This document shows positions 47,847-59,743 of a stretch of 64,000 nt of DNA, in pieces. The stretch is from assembly GCA_016866775.1 (NCBI GenBank), contig VGLJ01000008.1, positions 39,354 to 103,353 on the forward strand, read 5' to 3'. Position 1 is the first letter of the stretch, and every line of letters starts with the position of its first letter. The DNA comes from Candidatus Rokuibacteriota bacterium. GTDB lineage: Bacteria > Methylomirabilota > Methylomirabilia > Rokubacteriales > CSP1-6. Below the pieces are notes generated by a model. The model had not been told where the DNA came from. It searched no databases and saw only the letters and a program-made list of their open reading frames with translations. The position numbers and the translations under genes were made by a program.

Positions 47847-48955
47847 CGGGCGTCCGCGTGCGTTACCGCGACGTCGACGTGCTGGACGTCGCCGAGCTCG
47901 ACGTCCGGCGTGGCGAGGTGCTCGCGATCATCGGGCCGAACGGCAGCGGGAAGTCGACGCTGCTCCGCGTGCTCGCGCTGCTCGAGCCGCCGGCCGCGGG
48001 CGAAGTGCGCGTGGACGATCGCGTCGTCGCGCCGGCGCGCGCGCTCGCCGAACGCCGCCGCATGGCGACGGTCTTCCAGCAGCCCTCGCTCGCGCGCGGC
48101 AGCGTGGAGGACAACGTCGCGCTCGGGCTTCGGTTCCGCGGCGTCGCGGCGCACGAGATCGCCGCCCGCGTCGACCGCTGGCTCGCGCGACTCCGGATCG
48201 ATCACCTGCGCGATCGCTCCTCGCGCGATCTCTCGGGCGGCGAGGCCCAGCGCGTGGCGCTCGCGCGCGCGCTCGTGCTCGAGCCCGACGTGCTGCTGCT
48301 CGACGAGCCGTTCGCCGCACTCGACGCGCCGGCGCGGGCGGCGCTGATCCCGGAAGTCGGCGAGATCCTCCGCGCCGACGGCATCACCACGGTGCTCGTC
48401 ACGCACGACCGTGCCGAGGCCCAGGCGCTCGCCGACCGCGTGGCGGTGCTCCTCGGTGGCCGGATCAGTCAGCTCGACGAGACCGCGCGCGTCTTCTGGG
48501 CCCCGGCGTCCGAGGAGGTCGCGCGGTTCGTGGGCGTCGAGACGATCGTCGAAGGGCAGGTGGAGAGCGCGCAGGGCGGCGTGGCGACGGTCGCGGTCGG
48601 CACGCGGCGCGTCGAGGTCGTCGCCGAGGCGTCGGCGGGCGAGCACGTCCGCGTGGCGATCCGCCCCGAGGACGTGACCCTGCTCGGCGCCGGCGAGCCG
48701 TGGCCGATCACCAGCGTCCGCAACCGGCTCGACGGCGTCGTCAGCACGGTGGTCGCCTCCACGCCGTCGGTCCGGGTGGTCGTGGATTGCGGATTCCCGC
48801 TCGTCGCCGCCCTGACGACGCGGTCCGTGAGAGAGCTGGGGCTCCGGCCGGGGGTGGCCGTCACCGCGGTCTTCAAGGCCAGCGCGGCACACCTGATTCG
48901 CTATGCCGCGGCCCGCCCTGGGTTCCTTGACACCCCCCAACGCGCGGGTCTATAA
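47831..48955 (+). CDS. tupC: Tungstate ABC transporter ATP-binding protein with C-terminal TOBE domains (start uncertain)
   Basis: GPNGSGKST, LSGGEAQRVALARAL, DEPFAALD, TSVRN, LGLRPG...AVFKASA. There is no ATG; GGAGG at 47821 precedes ATC 47831, and the first GTG is at 47858. Confidence 0.78.
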   Translation: MVLRLTGVRVRYRDVDVLDVAELDVRRGEVLAIIGPNGSGKSTLLRVLALLEPPAAGEVRVDDRVVAPARALAERRRMATVFQQPSLARGSVEDNVALGLRFRGVAAHEIAARVDRWLARLRIDHLRDRSSRDLSGGEAQRVALARALVLEPDVLLLDEPFAALDAPARAALIPEVGEILRADGITTVLVTHDRAEAQALADRVAVLLGGRISQLDETARVFWAPASEEVARFVGVETIVEGQVESAQGGVATVAVGTRRVEVVAEASAGEHVRVAIRPEDVTLLGAGEPWPITSVRNRLDGVVSTVVASTPSVRVVVDCGFPLVAALTTRSVRELGLRPGVAVTAVFKASAAHLIRYAAARPGFLDTPQRAGL

Positions 48956-48956
48956 C
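48927..48956 (+). promoter_or_regulatory. Sigma70-type promoter
   Basis: TTGACA-18nt-TATAAC. Confidence 0.7.
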
Positions 48957-49016
48957 GAGCTTACCCGCAACCAGAAGTAGGGAACCGGGGGGGAGTATCG
49001 AAGAAGGACGCGCCCA

Positions 49017-49054
49017 AGCCAGCGACCGGGACGGTTCGCTGGCTCGTTTGTTTT
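49017..49054 (+). terminator. Intrinsic terminator-like hairpin in the leader of the DUF465-moaC operon
   Basis: agccagcga-ccg-gga-cgg-t-tcgctggct followed by cgtttgtttt. Confidence 0.6.
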
Positions 49055-49085
49055 CGGGACCCCGTCACCGTAGAAGGAGGCCCGC

Positions 49086-49307
49086 ATGGATCGAGAGACG
49101 CTGATCGAGCGACTCATGGCCGAGAACGAGGAGTTCCGACGCCTCCGGCAGGAGCACCAGGAGCACGATCACGAGCTGGAGCAGCTGAAGGGAACGGCCC
49201 CGCTCTCGGCGAGTCAGCAGTGGCGGATCAGCGAGCTCAAGAAGCTGAAGCTGATGGCGAAGGACCGGATGGAGACGATCATCCGGCATTCCGCCGTCAA
49301 CGCCTGA
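49086..49307 (+). CDS. DUF465/YdcH-like small coiled-coil protein
   Basis: [16 protein letters not shown]...[12 protein letters not shown]; strong AAGGAGG RBS. Confidence 0.8.
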   Translation: MDRETLIERLMAENEEFRRLRQEHQEHDHELEQLKGTAPLSASQQWRISELKKLKLMAKDRMETIIRHSAVNA

Positions 49308-49320
49308 CGGCCGGACTTCG

Positions 49321-49872
49321 TTGAGTCGAAGGCCGCGGTCGCGCCCGGGCTACCGCGGCCTTTCCCACCTCAGCCCCGACGGTAATGCCCGCATGGTGGA
49401 CGTCTCCGCCAAGGCGGGGACCGCGCGCGAAGCGGTCGCGCGCGGCGTGCTGCGGATGACGCCCGCGACGCTCAAGGTGATCCGTGAAGGCAACGCGCCG
49501 AAGGGCGACGTGCTCGGTGTGGCGCGCACCGCCGGCATCCTCGCGACGAAACGGACCAGCGACCTCATTCCGCTGTGTCACCCGCTGCGGATCACGGGCG
49601 TCGACGTCTCGTTCAGCGAGAACGAGCGCCGCGGAGAGCTGACCGTCGAGGCGCGCGTGCGCACCGTCGACAAGACCGGGGTGGAGATGGAAGCGCTCAC
49701 GGCGGTGAGCGTCGCGGCGCTGACCGTGTACGACATGATCAAGGCCGTGGAGAAGGGCGTGACGATCGAGCGGATCGAGCTGGTGGAGAAGGTGGGAGGC
49801 AAATCGGGCGCATGGAAGAGGCAACCGAGCGGGCGGGCGCTTGAGCGCCCGGGCGCCCGCGAGTCCAAATGA
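49321..49872 (+). CDS. moaC: Cyclic pyranopterin monophosphate synthase
   Basis: [45 protein letters not shown]. Confidence 0.95.
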   Translation: MSRRPRSRPGYRGLSHLSPDGNARMVDVSAKAGTAREAVARGVLRMTPATLKVIREGNAPKGDVLGVARTAGILATKRTSDLIPLCHPLRITGVDVSFSENERRGELTVEARVRTVDKTGVEMEALTAVSVAALTVYDMIKAVEKGVTIERIELVEKVGGKSGAWKRQPSGRALERPGARESK

Positions 49873-50996
49873 AGACAGCGCTGATTCACTCGGAGGCGTG
49901 GCGGGATTTCGACTACGGGCCGCAGCATCCGCTGCGCATGGAGCGCCTCGGGCTCACGTGGCGGTTGATGGAGGCGTTCGGCCTCACGTCGCTGCCGGGG
50001 TCGACCCTGCATCGTCCCGAGCCCGCGCCCGAGGCGGCGATCGCGCGCTATCACCATCCCGAGTACATCGCGATGCTGAAGGCGTGCAACGGCGGCGTGG
50101 TGCCGCCCGCGGCCGCGCTCTTCGGGCTGGGTCCGGGCGACAATCCGATCTTCCGCGGCGTGTGGGACTGCGCGCGCCTCGTCGGCGGAGGCTCGCTGCT
50201 CGCCGCCGATCTGATCGCGCGCGGTGAGGTGGATCGCGTGTTCCACTTCGCCGGCGGGCTCCACCACGCGGTCGACCAGCGCGCGTCCGGCTTCTGCTAC
50301 GTCAACGACGCCGTGCTCGCGATCATGCGGCTGCGCGAGCGCGGGCTGCGCGTGGCCTACGTCGACATCGACGCGCATCACGGCGACGGCGTGCAGGCGG
50401 CGTTCTATCGTGATCCGAACGTGCTGACGATCTCCACGCACGAGCGCGGCGAGCGCCTCTTCCCCGGCACCGGCTTCGTCAACGAGGCGGGCGAGGGCGC
50501 GGGCGTCGGGTACTCGGTGAACCTTCCGCTCGAGGCGTACACCGACTCGGCCGTCTACCTCCCGGCCTTCGAGGAAATCGTGCCGCCGCTGCTCGACGCG
50601 TTCAAGCCGGACGTGGTCGTCGCGCAGCTCGGCGTGGACGCGCACCGCACGGATCCGCTCACCCATCTGCAGCTCGACATCCAGGGCTTCGTGGGCGCCG
50701 TGCGCCGGATCACGGAGCTCTCGCCCCAGCTCCTGGCGCTCGGCGGCGGGGGCTACGATCTCCAGAACGTCGCGCGCGGCTGGACGGCCGCGTGGGCGGC
50801 GATGAACGACGTGGAGCCGCCGAACGACCTCCCGGCGTCGTACGCGGAGACCGCGCGGTCCGCCGGCTTCCGCGCGACGACGCTGTACGACGGCCCCGTG
50901 GCAATCCCTGATGAGATTCAGGGCGCGGTGCGAGACTATGTCGGCCGCCAGCTGACGAAAGTCCGTGAAACGATCTTCCCGCACCACAGAATCTAA
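49869..50996 (+). CDS. acuC: Acetoin utilization protein AcuC / histone deacetylase family
   Basis: [46 protein letters not shown]. Confidence 0.9.
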   Translation: MKTALIHSEAWRDFDYGPQHPLRMERLGLTWRLMEAFGLTSLPGSTLHRPEPAPEAAIARYHHPEYIAMLKACNGGVVPPAAALFGLGPGDNPIFRGVWDCARLVGGGSLLAADLIARGEVDRVFHFAGGLHHAVDQRASGFCYVNDAVLAIMRLRERGLRVAYVDIDAHHGDGVQAAFYRDPNVLTISTHERGERLFPGTGFVNEAGEGAGVGYSVNLPLEAYTDSAVYLPAFEEIVPPLLDAFKPDVVVAQLGVDAHRTDPLTHLQLDIQGFVGAVRRITELSPQLLALGGGGYDLQNVARGWTAAWAAMNDVEPPNDLPASYAETARSAGFRATTLYDGPVAIPDEIQGAVRDYVGRQLTKVRETIFPHHRI

Positions 50997-51633
50997 CCGG
51001 CGGCGTCCGGGCGCCGGCGCGTCCCTCCGAGGAATCTTGATCACGTTCGAGGGCGTCGAAGGCTCCGGGAAGACGACGCAGATGGCGCGCCTGGGGCGCT
51101 GGCTCAGGGGGCGCGGTTACAAGGTCGAGCTGACCCGCGAGCCTCACGGCACCGCGCTCGGCGCCGGGGTGCGCCGTCTCTTCGAGCTCGGCCCGCGGCC
51201 GCTCGCGCAGACGTTCCTCTTCCTCGCCGCGCGCCAGCAAAACGTCGCGGAGAAGATCCGGCCGTGGCTCGCGAGCGGGCGCATCGTGCTCTGCGACCGC
51301 TACACCGACGCCACGCTCGCCTATCAAGGGTACGCGGGCGGCATCGATCCGGCCACGATCCGCGAGCTCAACGTGCGCGCGACGGGCGGCGTGCTGCCCG
51401 ATCTCACGCTGCTCTTCGATCTCGACCCCGCGGAAGGCTTCCGGCGGATCGGGCGCCGCCGGCGCGATCACTTCGAGCGGCAGGCGCTCGCGTTCCACGG
51501 GCGTGTCCGGAGGGGCTACCTCGAGATCCAGCGCGCGGAGCCGAAGCGCGTGCGGATCGTCGACGCCTCGCGGACCCCCGCGGAGGTCGGCGCGCAGGCG
51601 CGCGCGATCATCGAGGAGTTCTTGCGTGCTTGA
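50965..51633 (+). CDS. tmk: Thymidylate kinase
   Basis: ITFEGVEGSGKTTQ, TREP, CDRYTDATLAYQG, PDLT. Confidence 0.95.
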   Translation: MKRSSRTTESNRRRPGAGASLRGILITFEGVEGSGKTTQMARLGRWLRGRGYKVELTREPHGTALGAGVRRLFELGPRPLAQTFLFLAARQQNVAEKIRPWLASGRIVLCDRYTDATLAYQGYAGGIDPATIRELNVRATGGVLPDLTLLFDLDPAEGFRRIGRRRRDHFERQALAFHGRVRRGYLEIQRAEPKRVRIVDASRTPAEVGAQARAIIEEFLRA

Positions 51634-52504
51634 GGCACTGGCCGACCAGCCGCGCGCGGCGCAACTCCTCACGCGCGCGCTCGAGAGCGATCGCGTCGCC
51701 CACGCGTACGCCTTCATCGGTCCACCGGGAAGCGGCCGCACGTCGGCGGCGAAAGCGTTCGCCGCCGCGCTCGTCTGCGCGAAGGGCGGATGCGGGGCCT
51801 GCCGCGATTGCCGTCTGGCCGCCACAGGGCAGCATCCGGATGTCCATCTGATCGTGCCGACGCCTCCGCCGAGCAACCCGAAAGGGACGCCGCTCATCCG
51901 CCTGGATCAGATTCACGAGCTGGAGCGCAAGGCGTCGCTGCGGCCGCTGATGGCCGCGCGCAAGGTTTTCATCATCGACGACGCCGAGCGGATGACTCCC
52001 GACAGTCCGCAGGCGTTCCTCAAGACCCTCGAAGAGCCGCCGGCGCGGACGGTGATCATCATCGTGCTGCCGACGGCGCGCGCGCTGCCGGCGACCATCC
52101 TGTCGCGGTGTCAGCGTGTGCGCTTCGTGCCGCACGACGACGGCGCGGCGGCGGAGTCCGTCACCGCCGTGCTCGCGCTCCTCGAAGAGGTCCGCGCCGG
52201 GGGCGGGGAAGTGCTCCTCCGCCGGAGCCAGCGGATCGAGCGGGCAAAGGCCGAGGCCCTCGTGGACGGCCTCTGGCGCCTCGCGCGTGACCTCCTCCTC
52301 GCCGCCTCCGGAGCGCCGGCGACGCTCCTGACGGCGCCCGACCGCGGCGCCGCGATCGTCCGGGAATCCGCGCGGTGGACGACCGACGAGCTCCTCGGGG
52401 TCATCCGGCTGTGCCGGGAGGCGCGCGACGGCCTGCTGCGCAATGTCTCGCCCGGCCTTACCATGGAAGTCTTGTTGAGCCGCGTGGCCCTGCGCGCGGC
52501 CTGA
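51626..52504 (+). CDS. holB: DNA polymerase III delta' subunit
   Basis: HAYAFIGPPGSGR, CxxxxCGACRDC, HPDV, FLKTLEEPP, TILSRC; follows tmk. Confidence 0.88.
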   Translation: MLEALADQPRAAQLLTRALESDRVAHAYAFIGPPGSGRTSAAKAFAAALVCAKGGCGACRDCRLAATGQHPDVHLIVPTPPPSNPKGTPLIRLDQIHELERKASLRPLMAARKVFIIDDAERMTPDSPQAFLKTLEEPPARTVIIIVLPTARALPATILSRCQRVRFVPHDDGAAAESVTAVLALLEEVRAGGGEVLLRRSQRIERAKAEALVDGLWRLARDLLLAASGAPATLLTAPDRGAAIVRESARWTTDELLGVIRLCREARDGLLRNVSPGLTMEVLLSRVALRAA

Positions 52505-52519
52505 GAGACGGGAAGGACG

Positions 52520-53373
52520 ATGGACGAATATCTGATCGGGGTGCGGCTGCGCGAGCGTGCGCCCGCCGACGACTACAAGCTGGTCGACCTCTTCGCGCGC
52601 GTGGGGGATCTCGTGCTCGTCGAGACCGCGACCGAGCCGCTGGTGGGCGAGGTGCGCCGCCCGCGCCGCCCGGTCCCCGAGCACAAGCGCGATCAGCTCT
52701 ACCGCCGCGTGCTTCGCCTCGCGACCGACCACGAGACGCGCGACTACCACGACCGGCGCGAGCGCGAGCAGCGCGGGATCGGCACCGCGCAGGGCCTCGC
52801 CCGCCAGCGCAACCTCGCGATGAAGGTCGTCGACGTGGAGATGCATCCCACCGCGCGCCGTGTGACCGTCTACTTCGGCGCCGACGAGCGTGTCGACTTC
52901 CGCGAGCTCGTCCGCGACCTCGCGCGCGAGTTCCGCTCGCGCGTGGAGATGCGGCAGGTCGGCGCGCGCGACACCACGCGGTTCATGGACGGCATCGGCC
53001 CGTGCGGGCGCCAGCTCTGCTGCAGCTCGCATCTGAGGAAGTTCGAGCCGATCTCCGTGAAGATGGCGAAGGCGCAGGACATGCCCCTCACGGACAACCG
53101 CTTGGTCGGCAACTGCGGCCGGCTCAAGTGCTGCCTGCTCTACGAGTTCTCGACGTACCAGGAGCTGCGCAGCTATCTGCCGCGGGTGAACACGCCCTGC
53201 CAGGCCTCGTGTGGCGGCGGCGGATGCATGACGGGCAAGGTGCGCTCGCTGCGCGTGCTCAAGCAGTCGGTGCTCGTCGGATTCCCCGACGGCACGGAGG
53301 CCGAGGTGCCGCTGGACCAGCTCACGTGGGAGGGCCGTCCGCACGTGACGCCGGAGGGGTCGCCGAACGCGTG

Positions 53374-53374
<1 letters not shown>
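52520..53374 (+). CDS. ricT: PSP1-domain protein RicT/YaaT
   Basis: RVDFRELVRDL, EMRQVGARD, GIGPCGRQLCC, KMAKAQ, GNCGRLKCCLLYE. Confidence 0.9.
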
Positions 53375-55268
<1,894 letters not shown>

Positions 55269-55272
<4 letters not shown>

Positions 55273-55517
55273 GCCCGCTCTCCGCCGAGCTGGAGGGGTA
55301 CGTGTCGACGATCGTGGCCGCGGCCGAGCGGGACGACTCGATCGCGCGCGTGCTGCGTGAGATCTGCGCGCTCGACGGCGCCGTGCGCGGCGGCGCGCTG
55401 GACCTGGTCGGCGGCTATCTCCGCGGCGCGGGCCGGGACGTCATGCAGTGCCTCGACGCGCTCAGACGCGACGAGATCGTGCGCCGCATCGCCGAGCGCC
55501 TGGGCCCGCCCGGGTGA
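55269..55517 (+). CDS. Hypothetical protein
   Basis: ATGA and GTGA overlaps with both neighbours; helical, protein-like sequence. Confidence 0.6.
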
Positions 55518-56479
55518 GCCCCGCGCTCCGGTGGCTTCGCCGCTGGGGCATCTCCTTCGCGTCGCTGACCGGCGGCCTCCTCACGCTGTTCGTCTTCCGT
55601 CGCGGACTGCCTCACGTCGCCTGGATCATCGGCTACCTGCTGATCCTCTGGCTGCTGTTCGCGCTGCTCGCGCAGGCGCGCCAGGCGCATCGCTTCGTCC
55701 GCACCGCCGTCGACTACACGGTCCAGACGCTGTACCACGGGCTCCTGCTGTTCGTGCTGCCGGCGTACTACGCGGCGTCCACGCTCACGTCCGTGAACAT
55801 GCTGTTCGTCGCGGTGCTCGTGCTCCTGGTGCTGCTCGCGACGTTCGACCCCTGGTACAACGCGCTCGTCCATCCGCGGCCCTGGCTCGGCGCCCTCTTT
55901 TTCGTCGTCTCGATCTTCGCCGCGCTCAACGTCGCGCTGCCGCTCCTCGGCGTCCGGCCGTACGTCGCGCTGCTGCTGAGCGCGTGGACCTCGGTGATGG
56001 CGATCACGCCCGCGGTGCGCCGCTGGTTCGACTGGCCGTGGTCGTCGGCGGGGCTCGCCACGAGCGCCGCGGGCATCGTCGCCGCGCTCGTCGTCGGCAT
56101 CGGCTGCATCGTCATCCCGCCCGCCCCGCTGTTCGTCGCGCGCGCGGACATCCGCTGGAGCGTGGGCACGATCGATTCGCTCGAGCCGGTGAGCGACGCC
56201 ATTCGCGTCGCCGAGCTGCGCCAGCGCGGGCTCACGGCGTTCACCGCGATCTACGCCCCGGCGGGCCTGCGCCAGCCCGTCGCGCACGTGTGGAAGCACG
56301 ACGGGCGCGTGATGGACGTGGTGAGCTTCTCCGCGGTGGCGGGCGGACGGCGCGAGGGGTATCGCACGTGGTCGCGCAAGACCGCGTTCCCGGCGAATCC
56401 CGTGGGACGCTGGTCCGTGGACGTGATGACGACGTCGGGGCAGCTCATCGGCCGGCTCTCGTTCCGGGTCGTGGCGTGA
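55514..56479 (+). CDS. Membrane protein with C-terminal DUF2914 domain (DUF5924/DUF2914-like)
   Basis: Several TM helices, then AFTAIYAP...H.W...GGRREGYRTWSRK...GRWSVDV...GQLIG. Confidence 0.75.
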   Translation: MSPALRWLRRWGISFASLTGGLLTLFVFRRGLPHVAWIIGYLLILWLLFALLAQARQAHRFVRTAVDYTVQTLYHGLLLFVLPAYYAASTLTSVNMLFVAVLVLLVLLATFDPWYNALVHPRPWLGALFFVVSIFAALNVALPLLGVRPYVALLLSAWTSVMAITPAVRRWFDWPWSSAGLATSAAGIVAALVVGIGCIVIPPAPLFVARADIRWSVGTIDSLEPVSDAIRVAELRQRGLTAFTAIYAPAGLRQPVAHVWKHDGRVMDVVSFSAVAGGRREGYRTWSRKTAFPANPVGRWSVDVMTTSGQLIGRLSFRVVA

Positions 56480-57801
56480 CGCCCGGCCGGCTCCCGGTGA
56501 TCCTCCTCGCGCTCGCGGCCGTCGCCGCGTGCGCGTCGGTCGAGCCCCGTGCGGCGACGAGCCGTCACGTGGTCCTGATCTCCATCGACGCGCTCCGTCC
56601 CGAGTTCTACCTGGACCCCGCGTGGAACGCGCCGACCCTGCGCGCGCTCGCGGCGGAGGGCAGCCATGCGCGCGCCGCCGAGGGCGTCTTTCCGACCGTG
56701 ACGTACCCGAGCCACGCGAGCATCGTGACCGGTGTGCGGCCGATGCGTCACGGCATCGGCTCGAACACCGTGCCGCGTGCCGACGGCGCATACCGCTGGT
56801 ACGAGCGGGAGGCGGATCTTCGCGCGCCGCCGCTGTGGGCATGGACACGCGCCGCGGGACTCACGGCCGCCGGCGTCGCGTGGCCGTCGATCATCGGCGG
56901 CGCGCTCGAGTGGATCGTCGCGGAACGCGATTACTGGGCGCGCAAGGATCCGGTCGCGGACCTGACCGCGGCGTCGACGCCCGGGCTCTTCGAGCGCCTC
57001 GGCGTGACACCCGATCCCGCGGTGTTCAGGAACGTCGCGCGGTGGGACGACTTCCTTGGCGCGATCGCGACCGGCCTCGTGCAGCGCGAGCGGCCCAATC
57101 TCCTGCTCGTGCACTTCGCGCAGGCCGATCTCGTCCAGCACCAGGGTGGACGTGACGCGCTCGGCCTCCCGGATGCGGTCGCGCGGATCGACGGGCACGT
57201 GGCGGCGCTGCGCCGCGCCGTCGACGCGGCCGGCATCAGCGCGCGGACGACGATCGTCGTCACGGGGGATCACGGCTTTCAGGACGTCCGGGAGTACGTC
57301 TATCCGAACCACGCGCTCGTGCAGGCGGGCCTCCGAGGTTGTCCGCGCCCCGGCCCGTGGCGGGCGACGTTCGAAGCCTCCGGCGGCGGCGGCGCCGTCT
57401 ATGTCTACGCCCGTGACGATCGCGAGACGATGGCGCGCGTGGAAGACATCCTGCGCCGCGCGGCCGGCGGACGCTACGTCGTGCTCACGCGCGCGGAGCT
57501 CGACGCCCTCGGCGCGTTGCCGGGCGCCGTACTCGGCCTCGAAGCGGCGCCGGGCTGGGCGCTCGGCACCTCGTGCGACAGGTTCACCGAGCCCGCGAAC
57601 CCTCGGGCGGTGGGGACGCACGGGTTTCTCCCCACGCGCCCGTCGATGGCGACGGGCTTCATCGCCGCCGGCGCGGGCATCCGGCGCGGCGTCGTCCTCG
57701 ATCGCATCCGTCTCATCGACATCGCGCCGACGCTCGCGCGTCTGCTCGGCGTGTCCGCGCCGCCGGTCGAGGGGAGAGTGCTGGAGGACATCCTCGAGTG
57801 A
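56476..57801 (+). CDS. Alkaline phosphatase superfamily nucleotide pyrophosphatase/phosphodiesterase (lipoprotein)
   Basis: Lipobox VAAC, LISIDAL, FPTVTYPSH, TGDHG, GTHG, IDIAPT. Confidence 0.88.
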   Translation: MTPGRLPVILLALAAVAACASVEPRAATSRHVVLISIDALRPEFYLDPAWNAPTLRALAAEGSHARAAEGVFPTVTYPSHASIVTGVRPMRHGIGSNTVPRADGAYRWYEREADLRAPPLWAWTRAAGLTAAGVAWPSIIGGALEWIVAERDYWARKDPVADLTAASTPGLFERLGVTPDPAVFRNVARWDDFLGAIATGLVQRERPNLLLVHFAQADLVQHQGGRDALGLPDAVARIDGHVAALRRAVDAAGISARTTIVVTGDHGFQDVREYVYPNHALVQAGLRGCPRPGPWRATFEASGGGGAVYVYARDDRETMARVEDILRRAAGGRYVVLTRAELDALGALPGAVLGLEAAPGWALGTSCDRFTEPANPRAVGTHGFLPTRPSMATGFIAAGAGIRRGVVLDRIRLIDIAPTLARLLGVSAPPVEGRVLEDILE

Positions 57802-58574
57802 TCGCCGATCTGTTCGACACGCACGCGCACCTGCACGACGAGAAGTTCGCGGCCGATCGCGACGAGGTTTTGCGCCGCGCGCGCGAGGCCGGCGTGCGGC
57901 GGATGGTCACGATCGGCACCGATGCCGACACGTCGCGCGACGCGGTGGCGCTCGCCGAGCGCGAGCCGGATATCTGGGCGACCGTGGGTCTGCATCCGCA
58001 CGACGCGCACGCCGGCGACGACGCGCTCTTCGCCGAGCTGCAGCGCCTCGCCGCGTCCCCGCGCGTCGTGGCGCTCGGTGAGATGGGCCTCGATTTCCAC
58101 TTCGACGTCTCGCCGCGGCCGGTGCAGGAGGCGGCGCTCAGGCGTCAGCTCGCGCTCGCGCGTGCGCTCGGCAAGCCCGTGGCGCTCCACTGTCGCGAGG
58201 CGCACGCCACGATGCTCCCGATCCTGGAGGAGGCGCGCGTGCGCGAGGTCGGCGGCATCATGCATTGCTTCGACGGCGACGTGGAGATCGCGCGGCGCTG
58301 TCTCGACCTCGGCTTGCTGATCTCGCTCGCGGGCCCGGTGACCTATCCGAAGCCCCGCGAGCTGCCCGCGGTCGCGCGCTTCGTTCCGGCCGACCGGCTC
58401 GTCGTCGAGACCGACTGCCCGTACCTGCCGCCGCAGCCGTACCGTGGCAAGCGGAACGAGCCCGCGTACATCGCGATCACCGCGGCGCGCGTCGCCGACC
58501 TGCGCAAGGAGTCGCTCGAGGAGCTGGCGCCGCGCATGGCCGAGAACGCGCGGCGGCTGTTCGGAATCCCCTGA
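57798..58574 (+). CDS. tatD: TatD family DNase
   Basis: DTHAHL, GLHPH, GEMGLDF, HCREA, HCF, ETDCPYL.P...RNEP. Confidence 0.94.
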   Translation: MIADLFDTHAHLHDEKFAADRDEVLRRAREAGVRRMVTIGTDADTSRDAVALAEREPDIWATVGLHPHDAHAGDDALFAELQRLAASPRVVALGEMGLDFHFDVSPRPVQEAALRRQLALARALGKPVALHCREAHATMLPILEEARVREVGGIMHCFDGDVEIARRCLDLGLLISLAGPVTYPKPRELPAVARFVPADRLVVETDCPYLPPQPYRGKRNEPAYIAITAARVADLRKESLEELAPRMAENARRLFGIP

Positions 58575-58575
58575 G

Positions 58576-59505
58576 ATGGGCCTGCGCGAGGTCGGCTTCT
58601 ACGTGCGCGGCCGGGTCAACAGCGGGCTCGCGCGCGCGCTGAACGCGCGGCGCGCGTCGGTGCCGCCGGCGCCCGTCGCGACGGTCGACGACGTGATCCG
58701 CGGCGACGACACCCCGCTCGCGCTGTCGCGGCTGCTCGAGGGCCGCGACGACCTCGCGCGCGAGGCCGCCGTCGCGCGGTTCCTCACCGCGCGCGGCATC
58801 CCGTTCGCGACGCACCGGTTCGAGACGTTCGAGGGACGCGGCGAGAACTTCGCGGTGGACGTGGGCTCGGGCGACCGCGTGCTCGTGCTCGTCGCCCATC
58901 ACGATGCCGTGCCGGGCAGCCCCGGCGCCAACGACAACGCCGCCGCCGTCGGCATCCTGCTGCATCTGATCGGCCGCGCGGCGGCGCGCGTGCCGCCGTC
59001 GCTCCGCGTGCGGTTCCTCTTCCCCGCGTGCGAGGAGCGCGGCTACCTCGGCGCGCGCGCCTACGTCCGCGACGTCGCGCTCACCGGTGTCGCCGGCGTG
59101 CTCAGCCTCGAGCTGTGCGGGATCGGTGACAGCCTCGCGGTGTGGGACGCGGGCGAGGAGACACCGTTTCTCCGGACCGTGGGCGGCGCGCTCGACGATC
59201 TCGGGCTGCGTCGCGACGAGAGCTGGCACCAGGTGGGACGGATCCCGGTCTTCGGCAGCGACCATCGCGCGTTCGCCGCCGCCGGCGTGCCCGCGTACGG
59301 CTTCACGGTCGTGCCCGCCCAGGAAGCGAATGCGCTCCGCGCGTTCGTGCTGAGTCCCGTGCGCAGCGCGCTCATGCACGCGGTGCGGCGCCCGGCGCCG
59401 TTCGACACGTATCACACGCCGGGAGACAGCGGGGCGACGCTCGACCCGCGCGCGCTCGATCTTGTCGCGCGCGCGCTCGAGGCGGTGATCAGCTCGGCCC
59501 GCTGA
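58576..59505 (+). CDS. M28 family metallopeptidase
   Basis: AHHD, PGANDNAA, EE.G..G, SDH, YHT..D. Confidence 0.82.
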   Translation: MGLREVGFYVRGRVNSGLARALNARRASVPPAPVATVDDVIRGDDTPLALSRLLEGRDDLAREAAVARFLTARGIPFATHRFETFEGRGENFAVDVGSGDRVLVLVAHHDAVPGSPGANDNAAAVGILLHLIGRAAARVPPSLRVRFLFPACEERGYLGARAYVRDVALTGVAGVLSLELCGIGDSLAVWDAGEETPFLRTVGGALDDLGLRRDESWHQVGRIPVFGSDHRAFAAAGVPAYGFTVVPAQEANALRAFVLSPVRSALMHAVRRPAPFDTYHTPGDSGATLDPRALDLVARALEAVISSAR

Positions 59506-59743
59506 CCGGCGGTGGACGCCTGCGGACGATGCGCGTCAGCAGCAGCGTGGCGCGCGCCACGTGCTCCTTCGCGACGAGGATCGCGACCTCGCCCTGCGCG
59601 CCGACCGTGAACGGATGCACGGAGTGCGCGAGCCGTGAGCGCAGGAGCGTCGGGATACCCTCGCTCTCGAAGAGGCTCTTCACGACCATTGCCTCGCCCT
59701 GGTCGCACCGCCGCATCTCGATGAGCGCGTCGTCGCCACTCAT
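59489..59743 (-). CDS. DUF2007 (putative signal-transducing) protein
   Basis: EAMVVKSLFESEGIP...GEVAILV..E...A. Confidence 0.72.
   Translation of the reverse strand: MSGDDALIEMRRCDQGEAMVVKSLFESEGIPTLLRSRLAHSVHPFTVGAQGEVAILVAKEHVARATLLLTRIVRRRPPPVSGPS

Noticed and set aside
48960-49085. Canonical Moco riboswitch or tRNA
   Set aside because: I could not recognise the Moco motif elements or a cloverleaf; kept only as an unknown leader.
51626-52504. holB as a pseudogene because its middle region looks short
   Set aside because: The frame is intact and the key motifs are present; delta' length varies, and I cannot judge without an alignment.
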